From NCBI RefSeq assembly GCF_009914755.1, contig NC_060933.1: a stretch of 64,000 nt of DNA, one strand, 5' to 3'. Below, piece after piece: positions 33,960-46,906 of this stretch (position 1 is its first letter; every line of letters starts with the position of its first letter). Source of the stretch: the human T2T-CHM13v2.0 reference genome, Homo sapiens. The translations under genes were made by a program, and so were the position numbers. Under the pieces are notes generated by a model, which worked only from the letters and a program-made list of their open reading frames with translations, was not told where the DNA came from and ran no database searches.

Positions 33960-34434
33960 TACTATTACTAATGTGACTGAGAAAAAGATGAAAAACTATT
34001 AGACACGCTTAAAGTAGATCTTTTTAGCCTTATAATGACTGTTGGACTAAAACCAGCTGTGTTTTATTTCTGAATGAAAGAAACAATTTAAGAACATATT
34101 TCATAACTCTGAAAATATTTCGTATGTTTAAAAGACAAAGTGCATAAATGATTTTGTAATGTTTTACATCTCAGTAACAAGTATATTCAACTTTTACATA
34201 TGTGATTTCTATGTTTTGTGTACTTATGCTAAAGTAGGCAACTGACACCACATAGGCATATCTGTAATACTGAGCATACACAAGTAGCATGTAAGTAGCA
34301 ACTGTTCACTGTCTCCTGGGTGATGTCCATAACACAGAGTAAGGAAAAGGTCTTGTGTTTTATCTCAAATTTATTATGACAAATTTCAAAAAATACGTTA
34401 TTAAAGGTTGTTCTTGTGTAGTGGAATTTGGAAC

Positions 34435-34465
34435 TGCAGTATACACAATAGCCAGCAGATGTCAG
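34435..34465 (+). promoter_or_regulatory. Candidate CTCF site with upstream module
   Basis: TGCAGTATA-N5-TAG-CCAGCAGATGTCAG. The core matches CCASYAGRKGGCRS at 13/14 positions and the TGCAG module is at the usual spacing. Confidence 0.6.
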
Positions 34466-35331
34466 AATGGAATCTCTTAAGACTCAAGTATGAAAACACA
34501 ATAAATAACAGGAGTTTCTGGAAGGACTGAGGCTTTCTTGCTCTTCTGTGCACAACACACTTCAGTCACACTGGTCTTTCTTCCTCAAATACATCTGCTT
34601 TAACACTTTTTCAAAGATGCCCCGCTCTATCTGGCCAATTCCTATTCACCCAAACCTTACTTTATGTGTCTCTTCCTAAGGGAGTCCTCCCTACTGCCTC
34701 CCAGGCTCAAAATCGAACCCATTATTTTCCCCTTGAAACTTGTTCCTTACTTCAGCGAATGGCACCGTCAACCCTGCACTTAAACCAGAAATCAGGGAGT
34801 CTTCTTTGATGCCTTTCTTTCCTCACTACACGTATCTAAATAAATGCTGAGCTGCTCATATACCCCTCTGACCTCTCCTTCAAATACAGTACCCATATTG
34901 CATCCAATATTGTTTTAAGTGGACAATTCTGAACTCCCCACCTTGATCAACATGATCTTTGCCTGACCCTCCCTTTACCTAGTCACCCTAGATAACCTGG
35001 ACCTATCCCTTCAGGTTCCTTTAAATGTCATGTTTTCAGGTAAGTTCTCTCTGAGCCTCCAGCAAGGTTTTCAGGTCTTTGAGATATTTACTCACATGGC
35101 ATCTTATGGCAGATTATAGACCTCAAAAAGGCAGTCCCCCTGCCCGTCCATATCCTCAACTCCTAGCACAGTGCCTGGCACATAGCAGGAACTCAGTAAC
35201 GCTGATGAATGAATTTGTAATCTCAGGGCTTTGATCTATGATAAAATGAACATCTTTAAAGTAATAAAAGTGATTTGGTGACCATTTCACACTTAGCCAA
35301 ATTTTACTCTTTACTTTAGAAGGTGTCCTGT

Positions 35332-35521
35332 AGGACAAATCCGGCCAGCCATCTTTTCTGTAAATAAAGTTTTATTGGGACACAGCCACACCCACTCATT
35401 TGCATATTGTCCCTGGCTGCTTTCATACTACCAACTGCAGTTGGCAGCTGAGAGATCGTAAGAGCCCACAAAGCCTAAAATATTTACCATTTGCCCCTAA
35501 CAGAAAGCTTGCCAACCCCTG
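35332..35521 (+). mobile_element. MER58A (hAT-Charlie MITE)
   Basis: gtaaataaagttttattgggacacagccac...gcctaaaatatttac...ttgccaacccctg. Confidence 0.8.
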
Positions 35522-37321
35522 CTTTAGTGGCTTGACGACTGAGCTACATGCAGAATTTATGACATGATCAAGCTATAAAAGCAAAATAGAGTAAAAAGAA
35601 TGGTGCCTGGATCTTGTAAGAGACAAGCTTAGCTCAAGCAAAGAGGGGGAAGAGAACAAGAAGTCCTGATTCCTGTACTTGTTCTTCATTCCAAATGTAG
35701 GCCCAAATTTTCCAGCCTGTGAACTGCTGAACATGTTAACTGTAATGCTAACTTACTCCACAGAAGAACTATAAAGAGCAATGATAAAGCAGTTTTTTTT
35801 TTTAATGTTGCACTGACAGCAGGAAGTACACTACCTTAACTTAGGAGCAGCATTCCTACTAAGCTGGTAACCTGTTTGTGGAGAATAAACATTTTTCACT
35901 ATCCCCATTTCTTTCAACGTACCCCTTTCAAGAGTTTACCAAACTCAAATTTGCTATGGTTCTTTCTTATTTCATGTTACATATTCAAACAAACAAACTG
36001 TATATATCTCCCCAACTGTTTCTTAATGTACTATTTTAGAACTGCTTATTCCAAGTATTGAGCCCCTCTGTGGCGTTTATGGCCTGAAAGTTAAAAAGCT
36101 GGTCACAAAAACTGAACCATCACATTTTCTCTTACTCCAGCCTGAACATACACTAGAATCCAGGGTAACAATTACACTATTTTCCTCCAAGAAAAGCATG
36201 TAAGGATGGGGTACAAGGAATAAATAAACATTAAAAGTCCCCTGGATAAGCACAGACTGACTAGAAATAATTTTTTTAAATGAAAAAAAAAAAAAAAGTC
36301 CCCTAGGCCTTGGCCAGCTGCTACTCATTGGCCACTGAAACTTGCAGTCTCAACCTCTCCACCTGTAAAATGGCATTATTATTGATTGGTTAAGGCTATT
36401 TTTAGATAATGAACTTAAGTGTTTGGTAAGTTTGAAGTTTGTACACAATTAGAGGATGAGTATGCTATCTCAGAGCATCTGGAAATAGGAATGAGATCTG
36501 TCTATGCTGTGAATGCCAGCACAAATCACTTCTAAATGCCTTATACCAAAGACTAGCCATTAATAACATTTACCAAATGTCAAGCAATTGTGCCAGCTGC
36601 TCTACTTGCATTTTTTCACTTAATCCTTACGACACTTTGAAGTAGAGAGATGTTTCTATTATCCTAATTTTATAGTTAAAGAAAATGAGATTCGGAGCTC
36701 ACTTGCTGAAAATCACCCATCTCGTAAGTATTGGAGCCAACATTCAAAATCAAGTCTGCCTGTCTTTAGAGCCAGTATTCATATGACCACAGTGCCATAC
36801 ACTACACCTTCTTAATTTAAGAAATAAATACAAAACCACAGAATTAAAATACATGCTTTCCAGGTTAAGATGGTAGATGAAGCACGTATACCTACCTCCA
36901 CTCCCTCCCAAAAATCCCATTAAATGACGGTAAAGGTTTTTGTTTTAAGATATAAACCTAAAAGGATGGAAGAAAAGAGGAAACAGGAATAAAACGTTAG
37001 AAGCTGGAAAATAGGTAGATCAACAGTAAATAATGTAGTAGACTCTGAAAAACTGAATTCTGAGCCAGCGGTAGAAAAAGAAAAAAACCCACAAGAACCC
37101 CCAAACAACAACAAAAACTCACAACCTAATTTATATCATGGAATCCCTAAAAGGCTCAGAAACTAGTGGCTTCAGGTGCCTCTAGCAATAAGGGGTAGAA
37201 GGGTAGACATTAAAATAAGAATTGGTGCAAGGTTTAAGTAATCAGATGCTCTCTGCAACTCTATGCAGCAAAACAGCCTCCATTACACAGTACCCTCTCA
37301 AAATGATAGTTTTTTTTTTTA

Positions 37322-37608
37322 GGCCAGGTGCAGTGGCTCACACCTGTAATCTCAGCACTTTGGGAAGCTGAGATGGGCGGATCACCTGAGGCCAGCAGTT
37401 CGAGACCAGCCTGGCCAACATGATGAAACATCATCTCTACTAAAACTACAAAAATTAGACAGGCATGGTGGTGTGCGCCTGTAATCCCAGCTACTCAGGT
37501 GGCTAAGGCACAAGAACCGTTTGAGTCAGGGAGGCAGAGGTTGCAGCGAGCCAAGATCGTCCACTGCACTCCAGCCTGGAGCAAAACTCTGTCTCCAAAA
37601 AATAAAAA
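37322..37608 (+). mobile_element. Alu
   Basis: Consensus match. Confidence 0.95.
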
Positions 37609-38854
37609 GTTTATTTTCTGAAAAGGGTAAAATAGAAGGTCTCTAGATTATGGGATGCCAGGCAGTTTGGGCAGAGGTACTATACTCAAAACAGAGACGC
37701 AGTGAGCAAATACATACTGGATATTGAAACACACACACACACACCTGTCTGTCCTGAGCCTCACCACAGCCCTATTCCTTTGAATCCCAGAACGTTGGCA
37801 GGGCCTCATTCAGCACTTGGGAGATTGGAAGAGTCTTTGTTCTCTGAGCAATGACCAGCTCAATGGGAAATAACTAAAGATACAGACGCAAAAAGTTTTC
37901 TCAACAAAAATGGCCCAATAGATGGCCCTTTGGCAAAGTTCAACATCAACAAGCTCCACTCCAGGCCTTTAATCCATGTTAGTTCCCAATTTTTAAGTGT
38001 GAGCAGACAACCAAGGAAAGCATCTAACATGAAACAAAAAAAGAGAAAAGCAATTACAGATAAAATAGAATATAAAGGAAAAAGAAAACATTAAAAGTAC
38101 TATTGTTCTAAAAAGAGAGCAGAAGGAAAAAGAAGGGGAGGAAATCAATAAAAACCTATAAGCATTCATTGGTGGATGCTACAAATTAATACGACTGAAC
38201 TCATGGAGACAGAGTAGAATGATGGTTACCAGAGGCTAGGAAAGGTTAGGGAAGGAATGCAGGGATGGCTAATGGGTACAAAAATATAGTTAGATGTAAT
38301 GAATAAGTTCTAGTATTTGATAGCATAATGGGTGATTACAGTCAATAATAATTTACTGTACATCTAAAAATAACTAAAAGTATAACTGGAATGTTTGTAA
38401 CATAAATAAATTATAAATGAGGTGACAGATAATCCCGTTATCCTGATGTGATTATTAGGTACTGTATGCCTGTATCAAAATATCTCATGCACCCCATAAA
38501 TATATACACTTACATACCCATAAAAAATAATAAAATTATTTTAAAACCTACAAAATTTGAGAAATAAAGATACAAGTTTCAAGTTTAAATAGGTTCACCA
38601 AGTGCCCACCACAGTGTATTAAAATAAACACACACTAAATGATGTCATCATGGAATATAAGCATACTAGGAACAAAGATCCTTGTTTCTCAGGAAGAAAT
38701 ACTTAGTCCCACAAAAAAATCAGGAATCAGAATGATTTCAGATTTCTCAGCAGCAACACTGAAAGCTAGAGGCTTTGCTTTAAAATTCTGAAGGAAAATG
38801 ATTGCTAATCTAGAACCCTATATTCATCAAACTATAGAATAAAGACATTTTTAA

Positions 38855-39131
38855 GGCCAGGCACAGTGGCTCATGCCTATAATCCCAGCACTTTGGGAGG
38901 CTGAGGTGGGCAGATTACCTGAGGTCAGGAGTTCGAGACCAGCCTGGCCAACATGGCAAAACCCTGTCTCTACTAAAAATACAAAAATTAGCCAGGCGTG
39001 GTGGCACGTGCCTGTAATCCCAGCTACTTGGGAGGCTAAGGCAGGAAAATCGCTTGAACTGGGAGGTGGAGGTTGCAGTGAGCCAAGATCATGCCACTGC
39101 ACTCTAGCCTAGTTGACAGAGCAAGACTCCG

Positions 39132-39162
<31 letters not shown>
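38855..39162 (+). mobile_element. Alu
   Basis: Consensus match; TSD aaagacattttta. Confidence 0.95.
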
Positions 39163-39164
<2 letters not shown>

Positions 39165-39325
39165 CATTTTTAGACCAGCAAGGTCATTCACCTCCTATGC
39201 CACCTTTCTCAGGAGGACACTGCCAGAGAAAACAGGCTCCATCAAACAAGGGAGTAAACCAAGACACTAGGTAACAGAAAACGAGATATAATAAGAGAGA
39301 AGAAAAGGAATTCCCGGACAATAGT

Positions 39326-39407
39326 GAAGGGAGTTCCCAGAATACAGTCACATATCAGGCATAGAGAAGGGAGTTCCCAGAATATAGCCACACACATCAG
39401 GCATAGA
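39326..39407 (+). repeat. ~40-bp imperfect tandem duplication
   Basis: gaagggagttcccagaata...atcaggcataga occurs twice. Confidence 0.9.
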
Positions 39408-40117
39408 AGGCTATCAGTCCAGTCAGGGGCGGGTCAGAAGACTCCAGGAAACGCTTACTCAGGAAAATGAAACAGAGTACCTAATAAAGCTGATTGCTGT
39501 GAATGATTTAGATAAATGGCAAAAAGTTTAGTTGATTTAGTGGAAATTCCATAGAAAAACCAAGCCTAGAAAAAAACAAAAAGATACACAGCAAAAGAAA
39601 ACCAGGTACTATACTCAGAATCCTAATGATACTAATCTACTCAAGATCACACTACGTTATCCTTTGGAAGGAAGAGATGACAAGATACGTGTGAGTGATG
39701 GCGCTAAGGACAGGAAAGAGACCTAAATCCCAATCACGACCGTCACATTATTTAGAGACCAAAAGGTAAATACCAATAAAATCAGCTAAAAAGAGGTGTA
39801 TGTAGTTGCTCCTGGGGAGAAGGTTAAGGACTATCCCCCCTCCACTCAACAAACTTGGAGAACTATTTGGCTTAAAAATATAGTACTTTTTCCTTTGGTA
39901 GTATTAATATTTCATATACTCAGCATCAAGCAGTAATGCTACCTTTCATTAAGACTGCCTGGCAATAAAACACAATGACACTTCATCAGGATTGGCAAAT
40001 TCTCTAGTCCAAAACAAGATGAACTTACTGAAGCTTGCAATAATCTCAATATAATACAAGTCTCACTAGTGATTGTTGGTTTGCAGCAAAAAGTAGGATA
40101 AGAAAAATAGAAACCCA

Positions 40118-40604
40118 ACTTTTCTTAATTGATATGTTTATTAAAAACATAGACTAATAATGATCCTGTGCTTAAATGTCATTGTGGTTGTGTGCTGATT
40201 TCCACAAAACATAATATAAGAGACTCTTCACAAATACACTCTGGGCAGAAGAAAAAGGTAAACAGAAATGACTGACAAGACAGTGCCATTTCAGACACAG
40301 CTCCCTTAATACTTGCTAGAAAACGGAGTTTGACATTATTTACAATTATACCAGTATTGTCAGAGGCCAAACGTCACAGGGATAAGGGTACACCAGATCA
40401 CGAGACATCGTTTCATACTTCCCAAATAGTTTTATATTTTAGCTTTGAAGGTCAGTTACCAGAGCCAAACTTGTTCTTAACAAGCAGAATTTTATGTCCA
40501 TTCAAAGAGTCTCTTACACCTTTCTGGGCCTATTCACTTGCAGAGAGGAGTCGAAACTGTAACCAGGCTCTTCATATCGTGCATTCATATGTGATGTCCT
40601 GTCT
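40118..40604 (-). other. TOMM5: TOMM5 3' UTR (3' end approximate)
   Basis: Unique sequence between the stop codon and the first canonical AATAAA. Confidence 0.75.
40137..40142 (-). terminator. TOMM5: TOMM5 polyadenylation signal AATAAA
   Basis: Plus-strand tttatt. First canonical hexamer I found after the stop, followed on the minus strand by a T-rich downstream element. Confidence 0.8.
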
Positions 40605-40639
40605 TCATATGCTGTCCAATTTCTTTAAGATAAATGGAG
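40605..40639 (-). CDS. TOMM5: TOMM5 coding exon 2 (T-PFILKKLDSI-stop)
   Basis: Acceptor TTTTCTTTCAG| at 40641-40640, then CT CCA TTT ATC TTA AAG AAA TTG GAC AGC ATA TGA. 121+35 nt = 51 aa plus stop, matching the TOM5 C-terminus. Confidence 0.97.
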
Positions 40640-41324
40640 CTGAAAGAAAAACAAATCTAAAATTAGTTTTCAAATCTATTAGCCCATAGGCTACATTATA
40701 GAATTATCAGGTTTATTCAACATGTTTTTGAAAATAACTCCAAGTGATGGTCAAGCATGTGCCTGTACAGCCCAGCAAAAGGGACTAGTTGCCTTCCAAA
40801 GCAGCCCATTCCACTGTCATTCAGCTATTATTGTAAATTTCATTCTTATACTACATAAAACCTTTTCTCCAGATAGTTTGCCCCTTAGGGCCATAAAGTA
40901 TAAATCCAATTCTCTTTCAAATGACAAGGCTTTACTCTAGCGATTTATTTTAACTGTAAAAGGAACAAAACTCTAGAGGAAACAAATGGGCATTTTTCAC
41001 CTTTAAAAACTCATTTGAAAGGCAGAGGATATGGGAAAACACTGAACTAGAGAACCGGAAGAGCTGGACACCTATTTTGGGTCTCTTACTGATTAGCTAT
41101 ATATCACTTAACATACTCTAGATCACATCTGATACAGTCCTACCTCAGTCATTAAGAGGGTCTAATAAGATCATGTACATAGAAATGTCTAGAAAACTAA
41201 GTGTCGACATATAGATCTAAAGAAGTGATATTACTGTCCTGTGTAAAAGTGTTGTGACCAAAAAAAAGCTACCCAAATCACCTTCTTTCTCAATACTCAT
41301 ACTAATAGAATTTTGTTAACATTA

Positions 41325-41528
41325 TTTTATTTATTTATTTTTTTCAGCCTCCTGAATAGTTGGGACTATAGGCACATGCCACTATGCCTGGCTAATTTTT
41401 GTATTTTTTTAAAAGACGAGGTATCACCATGTTGCCAAGGCTGGTCTTGAACTCCTGAGCTCGAACAATCTGCCCGCCTCAGCCCCGCAAAGTGCTGGAA
41501 TTACAGGCATGAGCCACTGCGCCCAGCT
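41325..41528 (-). mobile_element. Truncated Alu in TOMM5 intron
   Basis: Consensus match. Confidence 0.85.
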
Positions 41529-41619
41529 CAATTTCTTAATATTAAACTGAAGACACTGAGATCTGTCAGAAGCTGATAAAGTCAGCAGTATATCCAATTT
41601 TTCCTACTAATTCTTAACG

Positions 41620-42350
41620 ACAGAAAAAAATCCATGAAATGATCAATGGATAAGCAAAATGTGATACATCCTTCCAACAGAAACTTATTTAGCTATCAAA
41701 ATGAAGTTCTGACACATGCTACAACATGGATGAATCTTGAAAATGTTATGCTAAGTGAAATAAGCCAGACACAAAAGGCCATGCATTTGACAATTTCATT
41801 TAAATGAAATATCCAGGGCCAGGTGTGGTGGACCACACCTGTAATCCCAACAGGTTGGGAGGAGGAAATGAGAAGGATTGATCGAGCCCAATAGTTTGAG
41901 ACCAACCTGGGCAGCATAATGAAACCTCGTGTCTACAAAAAATAAAAAATTAGCAGGGCGTGGTGGTGTGTGCCTGCAGTCTCAATTACTCAGGAGGCTG
42001 AAGTAGGAGGATCACTTACTTGAGCCTGGGAGGTCGAGGTTGCTGTGAGCCATGATCACTGCAGCCTCCACCTCTGCACACTAGCTTAGGCAACAGAGCA
42101 AGACCGTCTCAAAAAAAAGAAAAAAAAAATCCGGACTAGACAAATCCATAGAGAAAAAGTAGATTAGTCGTTGTGAAAGGCTGGAGAAAAGGGGGAAATG
42201 GGGTAACAATGAATTCGTATGGTGTTTCTTCTAGGGGGAAAGAAAATACTGTCAAATTGTGATGGCTGCACAACTGACTGCTAAAAACCACTGAATTGTA
42301 CACCTTAAATGGGTATATTGTATAATATACAAATTATATTTCAACTTAAA
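41620..42350 (+). mobile_element. L1MB 3' end interrupted by an Alu
   Basis: catgctacaacatggatgaatcttgaaaatgttatgctaagtgaaataagccagacacaaaagg. Confidence 0.8.
41817..42129 (+). mobile_element. AluJ in TOMM5 intron
   Basis: Consensus match. Confidence 0.9.
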
Positions 42351-43090
42351 AGTGAAAATAAACAATTCATATCAAATACAAAGGTCACTGAGAAGCAGCA
42401 AATATTTCACTGGCAGCTAGATCAATGAAAAAGGCAGGAGGCAGGAAATAAGTAAATTTGGGAGTTGCAAGAAGCTGTTGAACTAGGATGATACGGGTGT
42501 TTCTGTTCCCCAAGACTCGCTCTTCTGTGAAAGCAGAGTAATACCATAGACAGTGAAAGAGACACAGAATAAGGGACATCTCAGTATCAGTGAGCTCTGG
42601 CCTAAGCCCAACATGAGCCTTCAATAGGATGACTTTGGTATGGCCTTCATTTATTTGAACCATCCCTGCCGCTCCATCCAGACTGGCTGGCCAATAATAT
42701 ACAGCAAGGAACAATGGAAAGGATACTGAATTGAGAACGAGAAGGCAGGGCATTCGAGAACTGATCATAAAGCTGCTTCCAGTTCTTATATTCAGTGTTC
42801 CTATAACTCTGATACCTTCCTTCCTTGCTAAGTCCCCTCTGAAAATCAAGTTCTCATTTGTAAAATGATATAAAGAATCTTAGGCCCTGCCTCCCTCAAA
42901 GGTCCACTGTCAAGACTATATAATGGGAGTAACTTCCTGTCAATTTTAAGATATAGAAAAAAAAACCTCAAATATTTGCATTAATCCTATAGACTCATAT
43001 TCTTTTTTCCCATTTTTTTCCAAAAAACTAATGACTCACTTCACCCTCTATACAAAGAAACAGAAATGAAGCAAAACTTTTTGGATTTCA

Positions 43091-43451
<361 letters not shown>

Positions 43452-43543
43452 TTAAGAGTTCTGGATTTTAGGTCAAGATCATTCACTGAATCGCTGAGTG
43501 ACCTTTGGCCAGCCTTCCCAAGAAGGCTGTTTCTTCCTTCTAG

Positions 43544-43864
<321 letters not shown>

Positions 43865-43963
43865 AGCTCAAACATTCTTCAAGCTGGGAGAACCAGGATG
43901 ATTAAACACGCGCGCCGGCCACCACGTGCACTTCAGTGCCCGGACCCTGACCCGCAGACCTCA

Positions 43964-44251
<288 letters not shown>

Positions 44252-44485
44252 TTAGCAGCTTCCAGCCGCCGCGCTCTGCTCTCCACGGTGGCCGCCTCGC
44301 GCCCGGAACTCGGCCTATCCTCACTTCCTGTTCCCGCCCTCTCGTTGCCACACTCGACGATGGATGCCTGCACGGGACAATCCACGTCCTGACCCAGCTG
44401 ATCTGAAGTGCGGTGTGAAGCGGGCGGCCGCAAGCTCAGCAACGCAGGCTCTGGTTTCTCCACGCTGTCTTTAATAACATCTGTC

Positions 44486-44688
44486 ATACAAAAATCAGCC
44501 CGGCTCGGTGGCGCGTGCTTACAATCCCAGCTACTCGGGAGGCTGAGGCAGGAAAATCGCTTGAACCCAGGAGGGGGATGTTGCAGTTAGCCGAGATCGC
44601 GCCACTGCGCTCCAGCCTGGGCGACAGAGCGAGCGAGACTCCGTCTCAAAATAATAATAATAATAATAATAATAACAACAACAATAAC
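44486..44688 (+). mobile_element. Alu right arm with (AAT)n tail, CpG-rich, in the TOMM5 promoter
   Basis: Consensus match with many CpGs retained. Confidence 0.9.
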
Positions 44689-45192
44689 ATCTATCTTGAG
44701 CCTGGAGCGCTGCGCTGTAAAGTGCTTTTACGCGCTGGAGGGGGCTGTGCACATAGGTACCACTGTAAACAGTGATAACTAACATTTATTGAATATTCAA
44801 TATAATTGTCCCCCGTGAATTCGATATTATAATCTTCGTTTCCTAGATTAGACAATTGAAGCACAGAGATCTTTAAAACATCTTGCCCAAATGTGCTTTA
44901 ATTTTTATTTATTTTTTTATTGCTAATTGTGGTGGTTGAGACTGTTCTGGAACTCCTGGGTTCCAGGATCCAAGCGATCCTCCCGCCTCGGCCTCCCAAA
45001 GTGCTGGGATTACAGGCGTGAGCTATCGCGCCTGGCCCCCAAATGTGCTTAAAAATACCTCAGAGGGGGAAAAAAGTATTGAGAGAGATAAGTGATGTCA
45101 GCAAAATATTAAAAACTGCTGGTGACTAGTACTTCATTTTAGTTAATTATTCTAGTCTTTCTTGAGTATGTTTGAAACTTTACATAAGTTAA

Positions 45193-45524
<332 letters not shown>

Positions 45525-46382
45525 TTTTACAGATTATTGAAGCACAGAGGTCTTTAAAATACTGTTAGCCAAGTAACACAATATGTATAAAGCAAGTTCA
45601 AATCTGATCAGCATTTTACAGATGAATAGAAAGAGGCTCAGAAACCAAGTCCAGCTTTGGTGTGAAGCCCTTTATCTGGAACATCGCAGCTGAAGTCTAA
45701 AGTGCACTAAAGTCTAGTCATTCTGCTGGTGATGCACGGGCAGGGTTCTAATGCAGATAATTATCATGTCAAGTTGAATTATCTTTCCCCTGCACCCTAC
45801 TGCTCATCTGTTAGTCTTTAACAGTTAGTGCCCACATGGATGGACATCGCTAGAGTCAAGAGTTTGATGCAACCAGATTTCCTGTCACAGAAGCATCCAA
45901 ACAGAGTTAGTAGGCTGCTGCCCCAAGTTACGCATGCCAACTAGCCATATCTACTTCTTACACGCAAGCCAGATGACTGAATTGCTCACATAATTCAAAA
46001 CCAGAATGTTCCTTCTTGACTGCATATTGCATAGCAACAATGGACTTTGGATAAATTAGGACAATAATTTACTATGAGAGCAACTAATAACTATATGCAC
46101 GGTCAACTTTCTGGTTGACAGAATGTAAGGCACTGGGGCAAGAAAGGGAACTCATCTGCTTATTCCAGCTTTAGCAACCTTTTGCATCTGTAATTCATGC
46201 AATGGAATAGCAGAGGCAGCTCTGGAATGGGAGGGGCTGACTCCCAAGGAATAGCCTCCAGCCAACCCTTGGTGAGTGTTTAGAAAGCCTGCAGTGATGT
46301 TGAAAGCAGCAAGAACTGCGGAAAGAACATGAACAGGAACACTGGAGACATGGACTCTAGATCTGGCACTGCTGCCAACTAG

Positions 46383-46906
<524 letters not shown>

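Larger units (their letters stand above)
36855..39880 (+). mobile_element. HAL1/L1M ORF1-type remnant with nested Alus and an L1MA fragment (~38190-38540)
   Basis: aatcagaatgatttcagatttctcagcagcaacactgaaagctaga and ctttctcaggag...gggagtaaaccaaga are HAL1-like. Confidence 0.6.

Noticed and set aside
42385-42849. 154-aa ORF in the TOMM5 intron
   Set aside because: TTG start, no recognisable domain, and out of frame with the exon-1 donor at the nearby acceptor.
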